From Bacillota bacterium (GTDB lineage: Bacteria; Bacillota; Clostridia; Christensenellales; UMGS416), in assembly GCA_023435705.1 (NCBI GenBank), contig JAEYRH010000016.1, positions 44,691-108,690 of the forward strand: a stretch of DNA of 64,000 bases, in the 5' to 3' direction. Below are positions 36,413 through 45,501 of this stretch, one piece after another. Numbering within the stretch: position 1 is the first letter of the stretch; each line of letters opens with the position of its first letter. The notes below the pieces were generated by a model, which was not told the DNA's origin, searched no databases, and was given only the letters and a program-made list of their open reading frames with translations. A program made the translations under genes and the position numbers.

Positions 36413-37840
36413 ATGGTCTTTTCGAGTTTTTCGTTTTTAGCCTTCTTTATGCCTCTTGTAATCATGCTTCATTTCCTGTCCAAGAATATTCACTGGCGAA
36501 ACGGCGTCTTGTTGTTGTTCTCCGTATTCTTTTATAGCTGGGGCGAGCCGGTCTGGGTGTTGTCCATGTTGTTTTCCACCCTGGTCAATTATGGTTTCGG
36601 CCTTGCCATTAGCCGGTCCACCTCAGCACCGGCGCGCAAAATCATGCTGGCCCTGGCCGCAGTTGTCAGCCTGATGTTTCTGGCATACTTCAAATACTCC
36701 TCCTTTGTTGAGAACACGGTGAACGCCTTGTTGGGCATTCACACTGTGGTTCCACCCAAGACCTTGCCGATCGGGATTTCCTTTTACACATTCCAGATTC
36801 TGACCTACACTGTGGATGTGTATCGCGGCAAGACCCCAGTGCAAAAAAGCCCCTTTCTTTTGCTGCTATATATCAGTTTCTTCCCTCAGCTAATTGCAGG
36901 ACCCATCGTGCAGTATGGTGATATTGAGCCCATGCTCATGACACGTAGCACATCGCTGGATAAGTTTACTTCCGGAATGAAGCGCTTCATCATTGGCCTT
37001 GCGAAGAAAACACTGCTGGCCAATGTTTGCGGAAAATTGCTTGGCACAATGGCGATGGCTGGAGCGCCGGAGGGCCTATCGGTGACAGGCGCTTGGGTTG
37101 GGATGGTGCTCTTCGCCCTGCAAATCTATTTTGACTTTTCCGGCTATTCCGATATGGCCATTGGCATGGCGCGGGCATTTGGCTTTGAACTCAAAGAGAA
37201 TTTCAATTACCCCTATGTCTCCAAATCCATCTCGGAGTTTTGGCGCCGCTGGCATATGTCGCTCGGCGCGTTCTTCAGAGACTACCTTTACATCCCCCTG
37301 GGCGGCAACAAGGTTGGGAAATGGCGGCTGGTGATGAACCTTGCCGTCGTGTGGATGCTCACCGGGCTGTGGCATGGTGCCTCCTGGAATTTCGTGGTGT
37401 GGGGGCTTTACTACGGTGTCATCATTATCCTGGAGCGGCTGGTGTATGGCAAAGCGCTGGAGCGGCTGCCTTCTTTCACCCGGATAGGTTATTCACTTGT
37501 GCTTGTGCTCGTGGGGTGGGCGCTGTTTTATTATGAAAACCTGAGCATGGGCATGCAGCATGTTGGGGCGATGTTTGGCGTTGGTGCGTCAGGTTTCATT
37601 GATGACAAGACAATATTTGCACTGAAGGATAAGGCTTTGTTTCTGCCGATCGCGCTGGTAGCCTGCCTCCCTGTGAAAGAATTGGTTCAAAAGGCGATCA
37701 GAGCACCCAAACGCATGCCAACTTTTTTGGTGCGGGCCGTCCCGGTGGTTCAATATGTGGCCATCAGCGCGTTGTTAGCCTTGACACTTTTGGCATTGGT
37801 TGGACAGAGTTTCAACCCGTTTCTCTACTTCCGGTTCTAG
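36413..37840 (+). CDS. MBOAT-family O-acyltransferase (AlgI/DltB/PatA-like)
   Basis: Multi-TM protein. Conserved ...FWRRWHMSLGAFFRDYLYIPLGGN... with the catalytic His in GLWHGASW. ATG 36413 follows GAGGAAA. Confidence 0.9.
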   Translation: MVFSSFSFLAFFMPLVIMLHFLSKNIHWRNGVLLLFSVFFYSWGEPVWVLSMLFSTLVNYGFGLAISRSTSAPARKIMLALAAVVSLMFLAYFKYSSFVENTVNALLGIHTVVPPKTLPIGISFYTFQILTYTVDVYRGKTPVQKSPFLLLLYISFFPQLIAGPIVQYGDIEPMLMTRSTSLDKFTSGMKRFIIGLAKKTLLANVCGKLLGTMAMAGAPEGLSVTGAWVGMVLFALQIYFDFSGYSDMAIGMARAFGFELKENFNYPYVSKSISEFWRRWHMSLGAFFRDYLYIPLGGNKVGKWRLVMNLAVVWMLTGLWHGASWNFVVWGLYYGVIIILERLVYGKALERLPSFTRIGYSLVLVLVGWALFYYENLSMGMQHVGAMFGVGASGFIDDKTIFALKDKALFLPIALVACLPVKELVQKAIRAPKRMPTFLVRAVPVVQYVAISALLALTLLALVGQSFNPFLYFRF

Positions 37841-37850
37841 GAGTAAGACA

Positions 37851-39299
37851 ATGCAGCACACTGGCAAGAAACCCTTCTCTTTGGCAGGCCTGCTGTTCTC
37901 CCTGTTGTGGATTGGTATGCTGACCGCTGTCGGCGTTTCGCTGGCGTTCAACCGCAGCACCGGGCCCACCTATTCCGAGCAGGAGAATCGGATGCTTCAG
38001 GGCCTTCCGGAGCTTTCCTTTGGCAGTATGCTAAGTGGCAGCTTTTCCGGTGAGTTTGAAAACTACCTGCTGGATCATTTCGTGCTGCGTGATGAATTCA
38101 CCGCAGCCATCAAGGAGTATGAGACCTGGATGAGCGTTGCGTCGTTTGAGGAGACTCTGCTCGCAGTGGAGGAGCAGAAGGATCAGCTGATGGCAGATAT
38201 CACCACGCTGCCCCCCATTCAGGAACCAGATCTCATGGGAGATGGCGAAGGAGTATCCTCCTTTGTGTTTTCAAGCCCAGAAGAAACGTCAGTGGCATCT
38301 CCCGGCCAGTATGAACCGGCTACCAATACTGTGGCACCCACTGTGGCTTCCGCTTGTGCCGTCTCTGCTGCGCCCACACCGAACCCAACATATCCTTCCG
38401 TCGTCAGCTTGTTTTACACGGTAAACGGCAAAAAGGTTGCGCTGCAATCCTACAAAGCCAAGAATGTGGAATATGCGGCCAAGGTGGTCAATTCCTATGC
38501 GGGCTGCCTGAACCCCGGCGGGCGATTGTGCTATATCATGGTCCCTTCCAGTTATGTGATGAACAAGTATATCCTCAATAAGTCTGCTACAGGGTTGAGT
38601 TCCAACATCGAGGATTGCCTGCGAGCCAATGTTGCTGATAATGTAGAGGTATTTTCTGTCGCTGATATATTGGCAGGGCCCATCAGCAGTGGTGAGTATG
38701 TTTTCTTCCGAACAGACAGGCACTGGACGCCGCTGGGCTGCCATTACGTGTATGAAGCCATGATGAACAGACTGGGCATGCAGCCGGTGCCCTATTCCCA
38801 ATACACGATCACGAAGGAGTACCCGTTTTTGGGCACGTTGTATCGTGACAACCCCACAGCCAGCATGAAGCGCAACCCGGACACGATGGATATCGTCCAG
38901 CCATATGGCGAGGCAACTTTTTACGAAGTGACGTCACCTAACAATCTCACCGCCAGGCCTATCCTGGATATGAAAGCGCCTTCCAGGGACCGCCATGCCA
39001 TTTATCTGGGCAACACCCGCGCCGCTTGGTCCGTGATCAAAACCAAGGCCAATACGGGCCGAAAAGCGATAGTCATCCGGGATTCTTTTGGGTTGATACT
39101 CTCACCTTATTTAATCCCGCACTATGATGAAATCCATATGGTCAACCCTACTTACTTCAGGAAAAAGGCTGCCGGCGGATCCGTCGGGGAGTTGATGAAA
39201 CAGTATGGCATCGACGATTGTTATATCGTGATCGGCGACATCCATTCCTATAACAATGAGTTTCTCGTTTCAATCATGCCAAGGATATTGACAAAATAG
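37851..39299 (+). CDS. DHHW-family (AlgX/AlgJ-like SGNH) protein, partner of the MBOAT
   Basis: N-terminal TM anchor. Motif FFRTDRHWTPLG (a DRHW variant of DHHW). AGGAG lies 7 nt before the ATG. Confidence 0.75.
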   Translation: MQHTGKKPFSLAGLLFSLLWIGMLTAVGVSLAFNRSTGPTYSEQENRMLQGLPELSFGSMLSGSFSGEFENYLLDHFVLRDEFTAAIKEYETWMSVASFEETLLAVEEQKDQLMADITTLPPIQEPDLMGDGEGVSSFVFSSPEETSVASPGQYEPATNTVAPTVASACAVSAAPTPNPTYPSVVSLFYTVNGKKVALQSYKAKNVEYAAKVVNSYAGCLNPGGRLCYIMVPSSYVMNKYILNKSATGLSSNIEDCLRANVADNVEVFSVADILAGPISSGEYVFFRTDRHWTPLGCHYVYEAMMNRLGMQPVPYSQYTITKEYPFLGTLYRDNPTASMKRNPDTMDIVQPYGEATFYEVTSPNNLTARPILDMKAPSRDRHAIYLGNTRAAWSVIKTKANTGRKAIVIRDSFGLILSPYLIPHYDEIHMVNPTYFRKKAAGGSVGELMKQYGIDDCYIVIGDIHSYNNEFLVSIMPRILTK

Positions 39300-39362
39300 G
39301 GTGTATCCGTTGGTTGGCCAGTCGGGTGGTTCCGAATGGGTGTGCATGCGACGGAAGGTTTG

Positions 39363-39371
39363 TGATATAAT
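39363..39371 (+). promoter_or_regulatory. Extended -10 element (TGaTATAAT) upstream of tex
   Basis: TG at 39363-39364 and TATAAT at 39366-39371, 35 nt before ATG 39407. Confidence 0.45.
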
Positions 39372-39406
39372 ACCGCCGCAGCAATCACCTGGAGGGCTAT
39401 AAATCC

Positions 39407-41560
39407 ATGGCAGACATCACTACCCGCCTCATTGAGGAATTCAAGATACGCCGCGACCAAGTGGAGAATACGATCAAGCTCGTGGACGAAGGCAACACCA
39501 TCCCCTTCATCGCCCGTTACCGCAAGGAAATGACCGGATCGCTGGACGACCAGGTGCTTCGCGAGTTGCACGAGCGGCTTGTCTATCTGCGTAGCCTGGA
39601 GGCTCGCCGCGAGGAAGTGCGCCGATTGATTGAGGAGCAGGGGCAGTTGTCCGATGATGTTGCTGCCGCTATAGCAAAGGCTGATTCATTGACCGACCTG
39701 GAGGACATTTATCGGCCCTTCCGCCCCAAACGCCGCACCAGGGCTTCCATCGCAAAGGAAAAGGGCCTGGAGCCGCTGGCTACCATTCTGCTGCTTCAAA
39801 ACCCCAAGCAAAGTCCTGAAGTGGAAGCTCAGCCATTCGTGAATTCTGAAAAGGGTGTGGAGGATGTGGAAGCGGCGCTGCTGGGCGCACGTGACATCCT
39901 CGCCGAGCTTGTGAGTGATAATGCCGAGCACCGCAAGCTTATCCGCGAGCTCACCCAGCGGGAGGGCTTTCTTATCACAAAGGCCAAGAAGGAAGAGGAT
40001 TCCCCCTACCGAATGTATTATGACTACCGTGAACCGGTGGCCCGTGTGGCACCGCACCGGGTTTCGGCGATTGACCGCGGCGAGCGTGAGGGCTTTTTGC
40101 TGGTGAAACTGGAGGCACCTGAAGCACTGATCGTGGAGATATTGAAGCGCAAAATTGTGAAGAACCAATCCACAATGGCCCGCCAGGTGGAGCTGGCGGT
40201 GGAGGATGCATACAACCGGCTCATTCAGCCTTCCATTGAGACCGAGGTGCGCAACGCTCTGTCCGACGCAGCGTCGGACAAGGCAATCAAGGTGTTTTCC
40301 CAGAACCTTAAGGGGCTGTTGATGCAGCCACCGGTGAAAGCAAACGCCGTGCTGGGCTTGGATCCAGGGTTTCGCACCGGCTGCAAGCTGGCAGTTGTGG
40401 ATGGTATTGGCAATGTGCTGCACACCGGCGTAATATACCCCACGCCGCCGCAGAGCAAGATTGAGGAAAGTGCCCGCATCGTGAAAGCACTGATCGAGAA
40501 ATTCAACATCGAAATTGTTGCCATTGGCAACGGAACGGCGTCTCGTGAGACGGAGCAGTTTGCAGCCGATGTGCTGAAGAGCCTGAGCCGAAAGGTTTAT
40601 TATGTGATCGTGAGCGAGGCCGGCGCATCAGTCTATTCGGCCTCAAAGCTGGCGGCAGAAGAGTTTCCGGAATTTGATGTGTCGCTGCGCAGCGCCGTTT
40701 CCATCGCCCGCCGCTTGCAGGACCCGCTTGCAGAGCTTGTGAAGATTGACCCGAAGGCCATCGGCGTGGGCCAATACCAGCATGACGTGAACCAGAAGAA
40801 GCTGGGCGAGGCGTTGGGCGGCGTGGTGGAAGACTGCGTGAACGCGGTGGGTGTGGATGTAAACACGGCTTCGCCGTCGCTTCTGGGCTATGTGGCAGGC
40901 ATCAATGGCACAGTGGCGGCCAACATTGTGAGCTATCGCGGCGAGGTGGGGCGCATCCGCAGCCGGAAGGAACTCCTGAAGGTGAAAAAGCTGGGGGCCA
41001 AAGCTTTTGAGCAATGCGCCGGGTTCCTGCGCATCCCAGGCGGGAAAGACATTTTAGACAACACCGGTGTGCACCCTGAATCCTATGAGGCAGCGGAGAA
41101 GCTGCTTGTTCTCACGGGCCTTTCCTTGAATGATGTGGCGGAGCGCCGTATCGGCAGCCTCGTGCCGGAGGTGCAAAAGCGTGGCTTGGAGAAGGTGGCC
41201 CAACAGATCGGCGTGGGCGCACCCACCTTGCAGGACATACTGGATGAACTGATAAAGCCGGGCCGCGATCCCCGTGACGAGCTGCCTAAGCCCATTCTTT
41301 CGAGTGATGTGCTGGAGATGAAAGACTTGGCCCCCGGCATGGTGCTGAACGGCACCGTGCGCAATGTGGCCGACTTTGGCGCGTTCGTGGACATTGGCGT
41401 GCATCAGGATGGCCTGGTGCACGTGAGCGAACTTGCAGACAGGTTCGTGAAGAACCCGATGGATGTGGTTCGTGTGGGCGATGTGGTGAAGGTAAAGGTG
41501 CTGGCAGTGGATGTGCAGCGCAAGCGGATTTCCTTGTCGATGAAGGGGCTAAAGAATTAA
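39407..41560 (+). CDS. tex: Tex-like transcription accessory protein (S1 RNA-binding domain)
   Basis: VENTIKLVDEGNTIPFIARYRKE.TG.LDD. YqgF-like and HhH regions. C-terminal S1 domain (GMVLNGTVRNVADFGAFVDIG.HQDGLVHVSE). Confidence 0.95.
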   Translation: MADITTRLIEEFKIRRDQVENTIKLVDEGNTIPFIARYRKEMTGSLDDQVLRELHERLVYLRSLEARREEVRRLIEEQGQLSDDVAAAIAKADSLTDLEDIYRPFRPKRRTRASIAKEKGLEPLATILLLQNPKQSPEVEAQPFVNSEKGVEDVEAALLGARDILAELVSDNAEHRKLIRELTQREGFLITKAKKEEDSPYRMYYDYREPVARVAPHRVSAIDRGEREGFLLVKLEAPEALIVEILKRKIVKNQSTMARQVELAVEDAYNRLIQPSIETEVRNALSDAASDKAIKVFSQNLKGLLMQPPVKANAVLGLDPGFRTGCKLAVVDGIGNVLHTGVIYPTPPQSKIEESARIVKALIEKFNIEIVAIGNGTASRETEQFAADVLKSLSRKVYYVIVSEAGASVYSASKLAAEEFPEFDVSLRSAVSIARRLQDPLAELVKIDPKAIGVGQYQHDVNQKKLGEALGGVVEDCVNAVGVDVNTASPSLLGYVAGINGTVAANIVSYRGEVGRIRSRKELLKVKKLGAKAFEQCAGFLRIPGGKDILDNTGVHPESYEAAEKLLVLTGLSLNDVAERRIGSLVPEVQKRGLEKVAQQIGVGAPTLQDILDELIKPGRDPRDELPKPILSSDVLEMKDLAPGMVLNGTVRNVADFGAFVDIGVHQDGLVHVSELADRFVKNPMDVVRVGDVVKVKVLAVDVQRKRISLSMKGLKN

Positions 41561-41624
41561 GTCAGGAATGGCACATCACATCGAGCAAACGATGGCATTG
41601 CGCCGAATACATGGAGTGGTCTAA

Positions 41625-42440
41625 ATGGCTCATTGGTTGGAAGTCATCCGAAAGCGCAGTTCCTGCCGTTCCTTTGATGGCAGGCCGCTTTCAGCAGAAG
41701 AAGTTGTGTCATTGGAGCAGGCATTTCACCAATGCCGAGATAACCCCTTCGGCGCAGATGTTCGGTAGCCAATCCTCAGCAAAGACAAGCTGGCGGGCAA
41801 AAAGCTTGGCACCTACGGCGTGATCAGGGGGGCATCCACCTATTTCGCCGGTGTGGTGAGAACCGGAGACAAAGACAGAGAAGGTCTGGGCTGGTCGATG
41901 GAAAAGGCTGTGCTGGAAGCAGCCGCATTGGGTATGGGCAGTTGCTGGCTGGCCGGCACCTACAACAGAGAAGATTTCTCGCAAGTTGTGCAAATGGGTG
42001 ACGATGAGCGCATTGTCTGCGTATCACCAATTGGCCATGCTGCTGACCGGCGCACGCTGCTGGACACAATGATGCGTGGAGTGGTCGGTTCAGCCCGGCG
42101 CAAACCATGGCCCGCTTTGTTCTTTGATAGCACCCTCGACAAACCACTGACGGACGAAGCGGCAGGGCAGTGGCGCGACGCGCTGGAAGCCATGCGGCTG
42201 GCACCGTCAGCATCCAACGGCCAGCCATGGCGCGTGGTGAGGCAGGGGGATGCATTTCATTTCTACCGCAACACCGGCTACGGTGACATCACTCGGGTAG
42301 ATATGGGCATCGCAGCCTGCCACTTTGAGCTGGTGGCAAGGGATCTTGGCTTGCCTGGTGAGTGGATATTTGAGGATCCAGGCATTGGCGGTAGCACAAG
42401 TCTTGCCTATGCATTTACATGGAGTCAGTCGGCTCGCTGA
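41625..42440 (+). pseudogene. Nitroreductase-family gene (putative TM-nitroreductase type) interrupted by one in-frame TAG at 41766-41768
   Basis: ATG 41625 (GGAG 8 nt upstream) opens MAHWLEVIRKRSSCRSFDGRPLSAEEVVSLEQAFHQCRDNPFGADVR-TAG-PILSKDKLAGKKLGTYGVIRGASTYFAGVV..., in the same frame as the track ORF 41820..42440. Confidence 0.7.
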
Positions 42441-42978
42441 CTTGTTTAATTCCTTCCATTGCTTCCTGTAAGAAGATTTGATCCCTCACCTGCACGAATT
42501 TGCCCAGATAAGTTTGAGGCACGCTGTCGTGGATCAATTGAAGCGCATCCTCAGGGCTTGCCCAGTCCAACTCAAAACCATTCATCGTTTCCTGATCAGT
42601 AAAGCTAGGTTCAGTGCAGTTACCCACTACTGTTGCAAGGTAGCAGTGCGATGTTTGCATAATGCCCCATGCATTTCGGAGCTCTTCAATCATTCCCACC
42701 TCGCCCAGCATCTCAATGGAACATCCTGCTTCCTCCAGCACCTCGCGGTGCAGCGCCTGCTCAATCGATTCGCCGGGCTCAACACCACCTCCCGGCAGCT
42801 TATAGTAGTTGTCTGTGGATACATACAGCAACGCAATCTGCCCCAAGCCATTCATCACCACGGCCCGGGCTGCGGCCCGCATTTTGCTGCTTTGCTGAGG
42901 CGATGGCTCCAGCCCCACATCCTGTTCGGTCAGCTTGCATATCATTCGCATCGGTTGCAACCCGCCTTCAGTCATCAT
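42415..42978 (-). CDS. NUDIX hydrolase
   Basis: NUDIX box GGGVEPGESIEQALHREVLEEAG. The start is uncertain: ATG 42978 overlaps the upstream gene by 11 nt, and alternative ATGs lie at 42951 and 42945. Confidence 0.85.
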   Translation of the reverse strand: MMTEGGLQPMRMICKLTEQDVGLEPSPQQSSKMRAAARAVVMNGLGQIALLYVSTDNYYKLPGGGVEPGESIEQALHREVLEEAGCSIEMLGEVGMIEELRNAWGIMQTSHCYLATVVGNCTEPSFTDQETMNGFELDWASPEDALQLIHDSVPQTYLGKFVQVRDQIFLQEAMEGIKQVSEPTDSM

Positions 42979-43621
42979 ATTTCTTTAGCAGATCATCCAG
43001 CGCCTCTCGCAGCAGCACCGCTTCGCCCATACCCTCCTTTTTCGCCAGCTGTGCCAGGCGCTGCAGCTGCTCATAGGTATAGTGGCTGGTTTTGGTGATC
43101 ATCTTTTCCTCGCGGGAAAGGCACACCCGGTTGGCGCCTCCGGCCTTGGCCCGGAATAGCGCGCCTTCGGCTTTGCGCACGATCTCCGCCATGCGGCTGC
43201 CATCCTCCGGGCAGCAAGAAAGCCCCGCGCTGAATGTGATATTCAGCAGATCGGCTCCATGGTGTATACCGCCGGCCAGGAAGGACTCTCTGCTCTTTTC
43301 CATCAGCAAAAATGCCGCTTCCTTTTGCGTGGCAGGAAGCAGCACAGCGAATTGGTCGCCGCCGTAACGATATATTACGGCATTTTGAGGCATGGTCTGC
43401 TGCAAATGCTTTGCCAGCGCCTTGATCACTTCATCGCCTGCGGCCCGGCCAAAGTCTTCATTGACGCGCATGAATCGGTCAATGTCCAGTGTAACGAGCG
43501 ACAGATCCTCGCACTTCTCAATGGATTCCGCTGCCATTGCATCAAAATCCGCAGCAAAGCACTCATAGGCTTTTAGACCGGTCATATGGTCGACGTTGGG
43601 TTCCTGCTGCACCTTGCTCAT
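42968..43621 (-). CDS. Degenerate GGDEF domain (GGDQF) fused to a C-terminal ribbon-helix-helix-like segment
   Basis: The GGDEF fold is recognisable (DHMTGL, LDIDRFMRVNEDFGRAAGDEV, RYGGDQFAVLL, SAGLS, AEGALFRAKAGGANRV). The last ~45 aa, ITKTSHYTYEQLQRLAQLAKKEGMGEAVLLREALDDLLKKYDD, follow a strand-helix-turn-helix RHH pattern. No N-terminal sensor domain. Confidence 0.7.
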   Translation of the reverse strand: MSKVQQEPNVDHMTGLKAYECFAADFDAMAAESIEKCEDLSLVTLDIDRFMRVNEDFGRAAGDEVIKALAKHLQQTMPQNAVIYRYGGDQFAVLLPATQKEAAFLLMEKSRESFLAGGIHHGADLLNITFSAGLSCCPEDGSRMAEIVRKAEGALFRAKAGGANRVCLSREEKMITKTSHYTYEQLQRLAQLAKKEGMGEAVLLREALDDLLKKYDD

Positions 43622-43659
43622 GGGCCCTCCTGCAATACGTTTTCACAAGCATAATACAG

Positions 43660-43683
43660 CAATACATATGTGTCAATACATAT
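43660..43683. promoter_or_regulatory. Tandem direct repeat CAATACATAT x2 (candidate operator upstream of the GGDEF-RHH gene)
   Basis: CAATACATAT at 43660-43669 and 43674-43683. Further AATAC cores at 43634 and 43653. 39-62 nt upstream of ATG 43621. Confidence 0.3.
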
Positions 43684-43712
43684 AAATGAAAAGTATCAAT
43701 ATTGGCTCATAG

Positions 43713-43742
43713 AACAACAAAATGCCTTGTGAAGCAGGCATT
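43713..43742 (-). terminator. Intrinsic terminator after ldh
   Basis: AATGCCT (43721-43727) pairs with AGGCATT (43736-43742). The minus strand continues TTGTTGTTCT. Confidence 0.65.
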
Positions 43743-43766
43743 CTGGCATTACGGTTTCAAGCGGTC

Positions 43767-44705
43767 TTACCGAATTGTGCATGTTGCTTTCCTGACTGCC
43801 TCTGCAGAGCTGTGTAGCCGCTGGAGCTCTTCCGGCGCCAAATCCATTTCTGGAATCATTGTGACACCTTCACTCCCGACAACTGCCGGTAAGCCAAGGC
43901 AAATATCATTCAAGCCGTATTTGCCGTCCAGATAGCTGGAAACGGTCAGCACCGAGCGCTCGTCACGCACAATGGCCTCGGCGATGCGTGCTACAGCCAT
44001 CGCAACAGCGTAATAGGTGGCTCCCTTACCCTCGATGATGCGATACGCCGAGTCGCGTACGTCCTTGAAGATTTCTTCGAGACAGTTCTGGTCGGCGCAT
44101 TTGTTGCAGCGCTCGCAATATCGCTGCACAGGCATGCCCGCCACGGTGGCCGAGCTCCACGCGGCCAACTCGGTGTCACCGTGCTCACCCAGGATATAAG
44201 CGTGCACATTGCGGCTATCCACACCAAAATGCTCTCCAAGCAGGTATTTTAGCCTTGCGGTATCGAGCACTGTGCCGGAACCAATTACACGGGATGGTGG
44301 GAACCCGGAGAATTTCAGAGCTGCGTAGGTGAGCACATCCACTGGGTTTGTCACGACCAAAAGGATGCAGTCGGTGTTGCGCAGAGCGATCTCAGCGATG
44401 ATGCCGCGAAAGATACCAATGTTCTTTACTGCCAGGTCCATGCGGCTTTCTCCTGGTTTCTGGTTGGCCCCTGCCGCCAGTATTACCAGTCCAGCATCAG
44501 CCACATCATCATAGGTGCCTGTTGTGATGCGCACCGGCCTGGCAAAGGGCATGCCATGGTTGAGGTCCATCACCTCGCCGGTTGCTTTCTTTTCGTTGAT
44601 GTCGATCAGCACGATCTCGGAAAACAACCCGCCCTGCATCAGCGCGAATGCCGATGTCGCCCCCACAAACCCCGCGCCGATCACAACACATTTCTTCATC
44701 TCCAT
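43767..44705 (-). CDS. ldh: L-lactate dehydrogenase
   Basis: KKCVVIGAGFVGATSAFAL, ILAAGANQKPGESRMDL, GEHGD. ATG 44705 lies 7 nt after GGAGG; in-frame ATGs also occur at 44711 and 44699. Confidence 0.95.
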   Translation of the reverse strand: MEMKKCVVIGAGFVGATSAFALMQGGLFSEIVLIDINEKKATGEVMDLNHGMPFARPVRITTGTYDDVADAGLVILAAGANQKPGESRMDLAVKNIGIFRGIIAEIALRNTDCILLVVTNPVDVLTYAALKFSGFPPSRVIGSGTVLDTARLKYLLGEHFGVDSRNVHAYILGEHGDTELAAWSSATVAGMPVQRYCERCNKCADQNCLEEIFKDVRDSAYRIIEGKGATYYAVAMAVARIAEAIVRDERSVLTVSSYLDGKYGLNDICLGLPAVVGSEGVTMIPEMDLAPEELQRLHSSAEAVRKATCTIR

Positions 44706-44870
44706 GATCATACCTCCATTGCCTTTCCAGCTATATCTAGTATAACCGTCATCCGCATGAAATGATATTGTCTGGGTAACTCATATGGGAGAAACAGAGA
44801 GGGAGCGGGCATTGCGGGGGTTATCAAATTATTGTGCTCAGCGGATCTTATGTGTGAATCACTGAAAACC

Positions 44871-44899
44871 TTGTAAAATGATAGCGTATCGGAGATAAT
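44871..44899 (+). promoter_or_regulatory. SigA-type promoter of the ferredoxin/cupin pair
   Basis: TTGTAA (44871-44876), 17-nt spacer, GATAAT (44894-44899). Confidence 0.55.
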
Positions 44900-44920
44900 G
44901 AAAGAAAAAGGAGTGTTATG

Positions 44921-45109
44921 ATGAAGGCGAAAATTGATCGTGATGGTTGCATTTCCTGCGGGTTGTGCCCCGACGTCTGCCCTGAGGTCTTCCGCATGGC
45001 CGATGACGGAAAAGCGGAAGTCTATGTGGATGAAGTGCCCGCTGGTAAAGAAGGCCTTGCTGAGGAAGCGGCAGATGGCTGCCCTGTCAGCGTCATCTCG
45101 GTGGAATAA
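44921..45109 (+). CDS. Small 4Fe-4S ferredoxin (single-cluster type)
   Basis: DGCISCGLCPDVCPEVF...DGCPVSVISV. ATG 44921 lies 7 nt after AGGAG. Confidence 0.85.
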   Translation: MKAKIDRDGCISCGLCPDVCPEVFRMADDGKAEVYVDEVPAGKEGLAEEAADGCPVSVISVE

Positions 45110-45111
45110 AC

Positions 45112-45453
45112 ATGGACATCAAAAACCTGAATGACAGCATTGCTTTCTCCATCACAGGGCTGTCCAAGAAAATAGTGTTCAACACACCAAAAGTGCTCTG
45201 CTTTGTATTAAGCCTGATGCCGGGTCAGACAATCCCGGAGCATCGCCACGAGCAGAGCGCGCTGACGATCACGGTGCTGAAGGGCAGGGGGCAGGCCCGT
45301 GTGAATGGGAAAGTGCTCGCATTGACCTTGGGCACCATACTTTATCTGGATGGACAGGATGAGTTCAGCATCCCGGTTGCGGAGGAAGACCTGGCGCTGC
45401 TTGTGACGGTCAGCCCAAATCCTGAGAATAAAGCTTTTTCTCAAGAAGTGTAA
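45112..45453 (+). CDS. Cupin domain protein
   Basis: 113 aa. G.TIPEHRHE...L.GRG...NG conserved cupin motifs 1 and 2. Confidence 0.7.
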   Translation: MDIKNLNDSIAFSITGLSKKIVFNTPKVLCFVLSLMPGQTIPEHRHEQSALTITVLKGRGQARVNGKVLALTLGTILYLDGQDEFSIPVAEEDLALLVTVSPNPENKAFSQEV

Positions 45454-45471
45454 ACGCTTAATGTATGTCGC

Positions 45472-45501
45472 AAAAGCCGCACGGTGCACCGTGCGGCTTT
45501 T
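45472..45501. terminator. Bidirectional intrinsic terminator
   Basis: AAAA-GCCGCACGG-TGCA-CCGTGCGGC-TTTT, a perfect 9-bp GC-rich stem. Confidence 0.85.

Noticed and set aside
44851-44870. TGTGAATCACTGAAAA near ldh and ferredoxin, considered as a Rex operator
   Set aside because: Only one half-site (TGTGAA / TTCACA) is present. The partner half does not match TTGTGAA-N4-TTCACAA.
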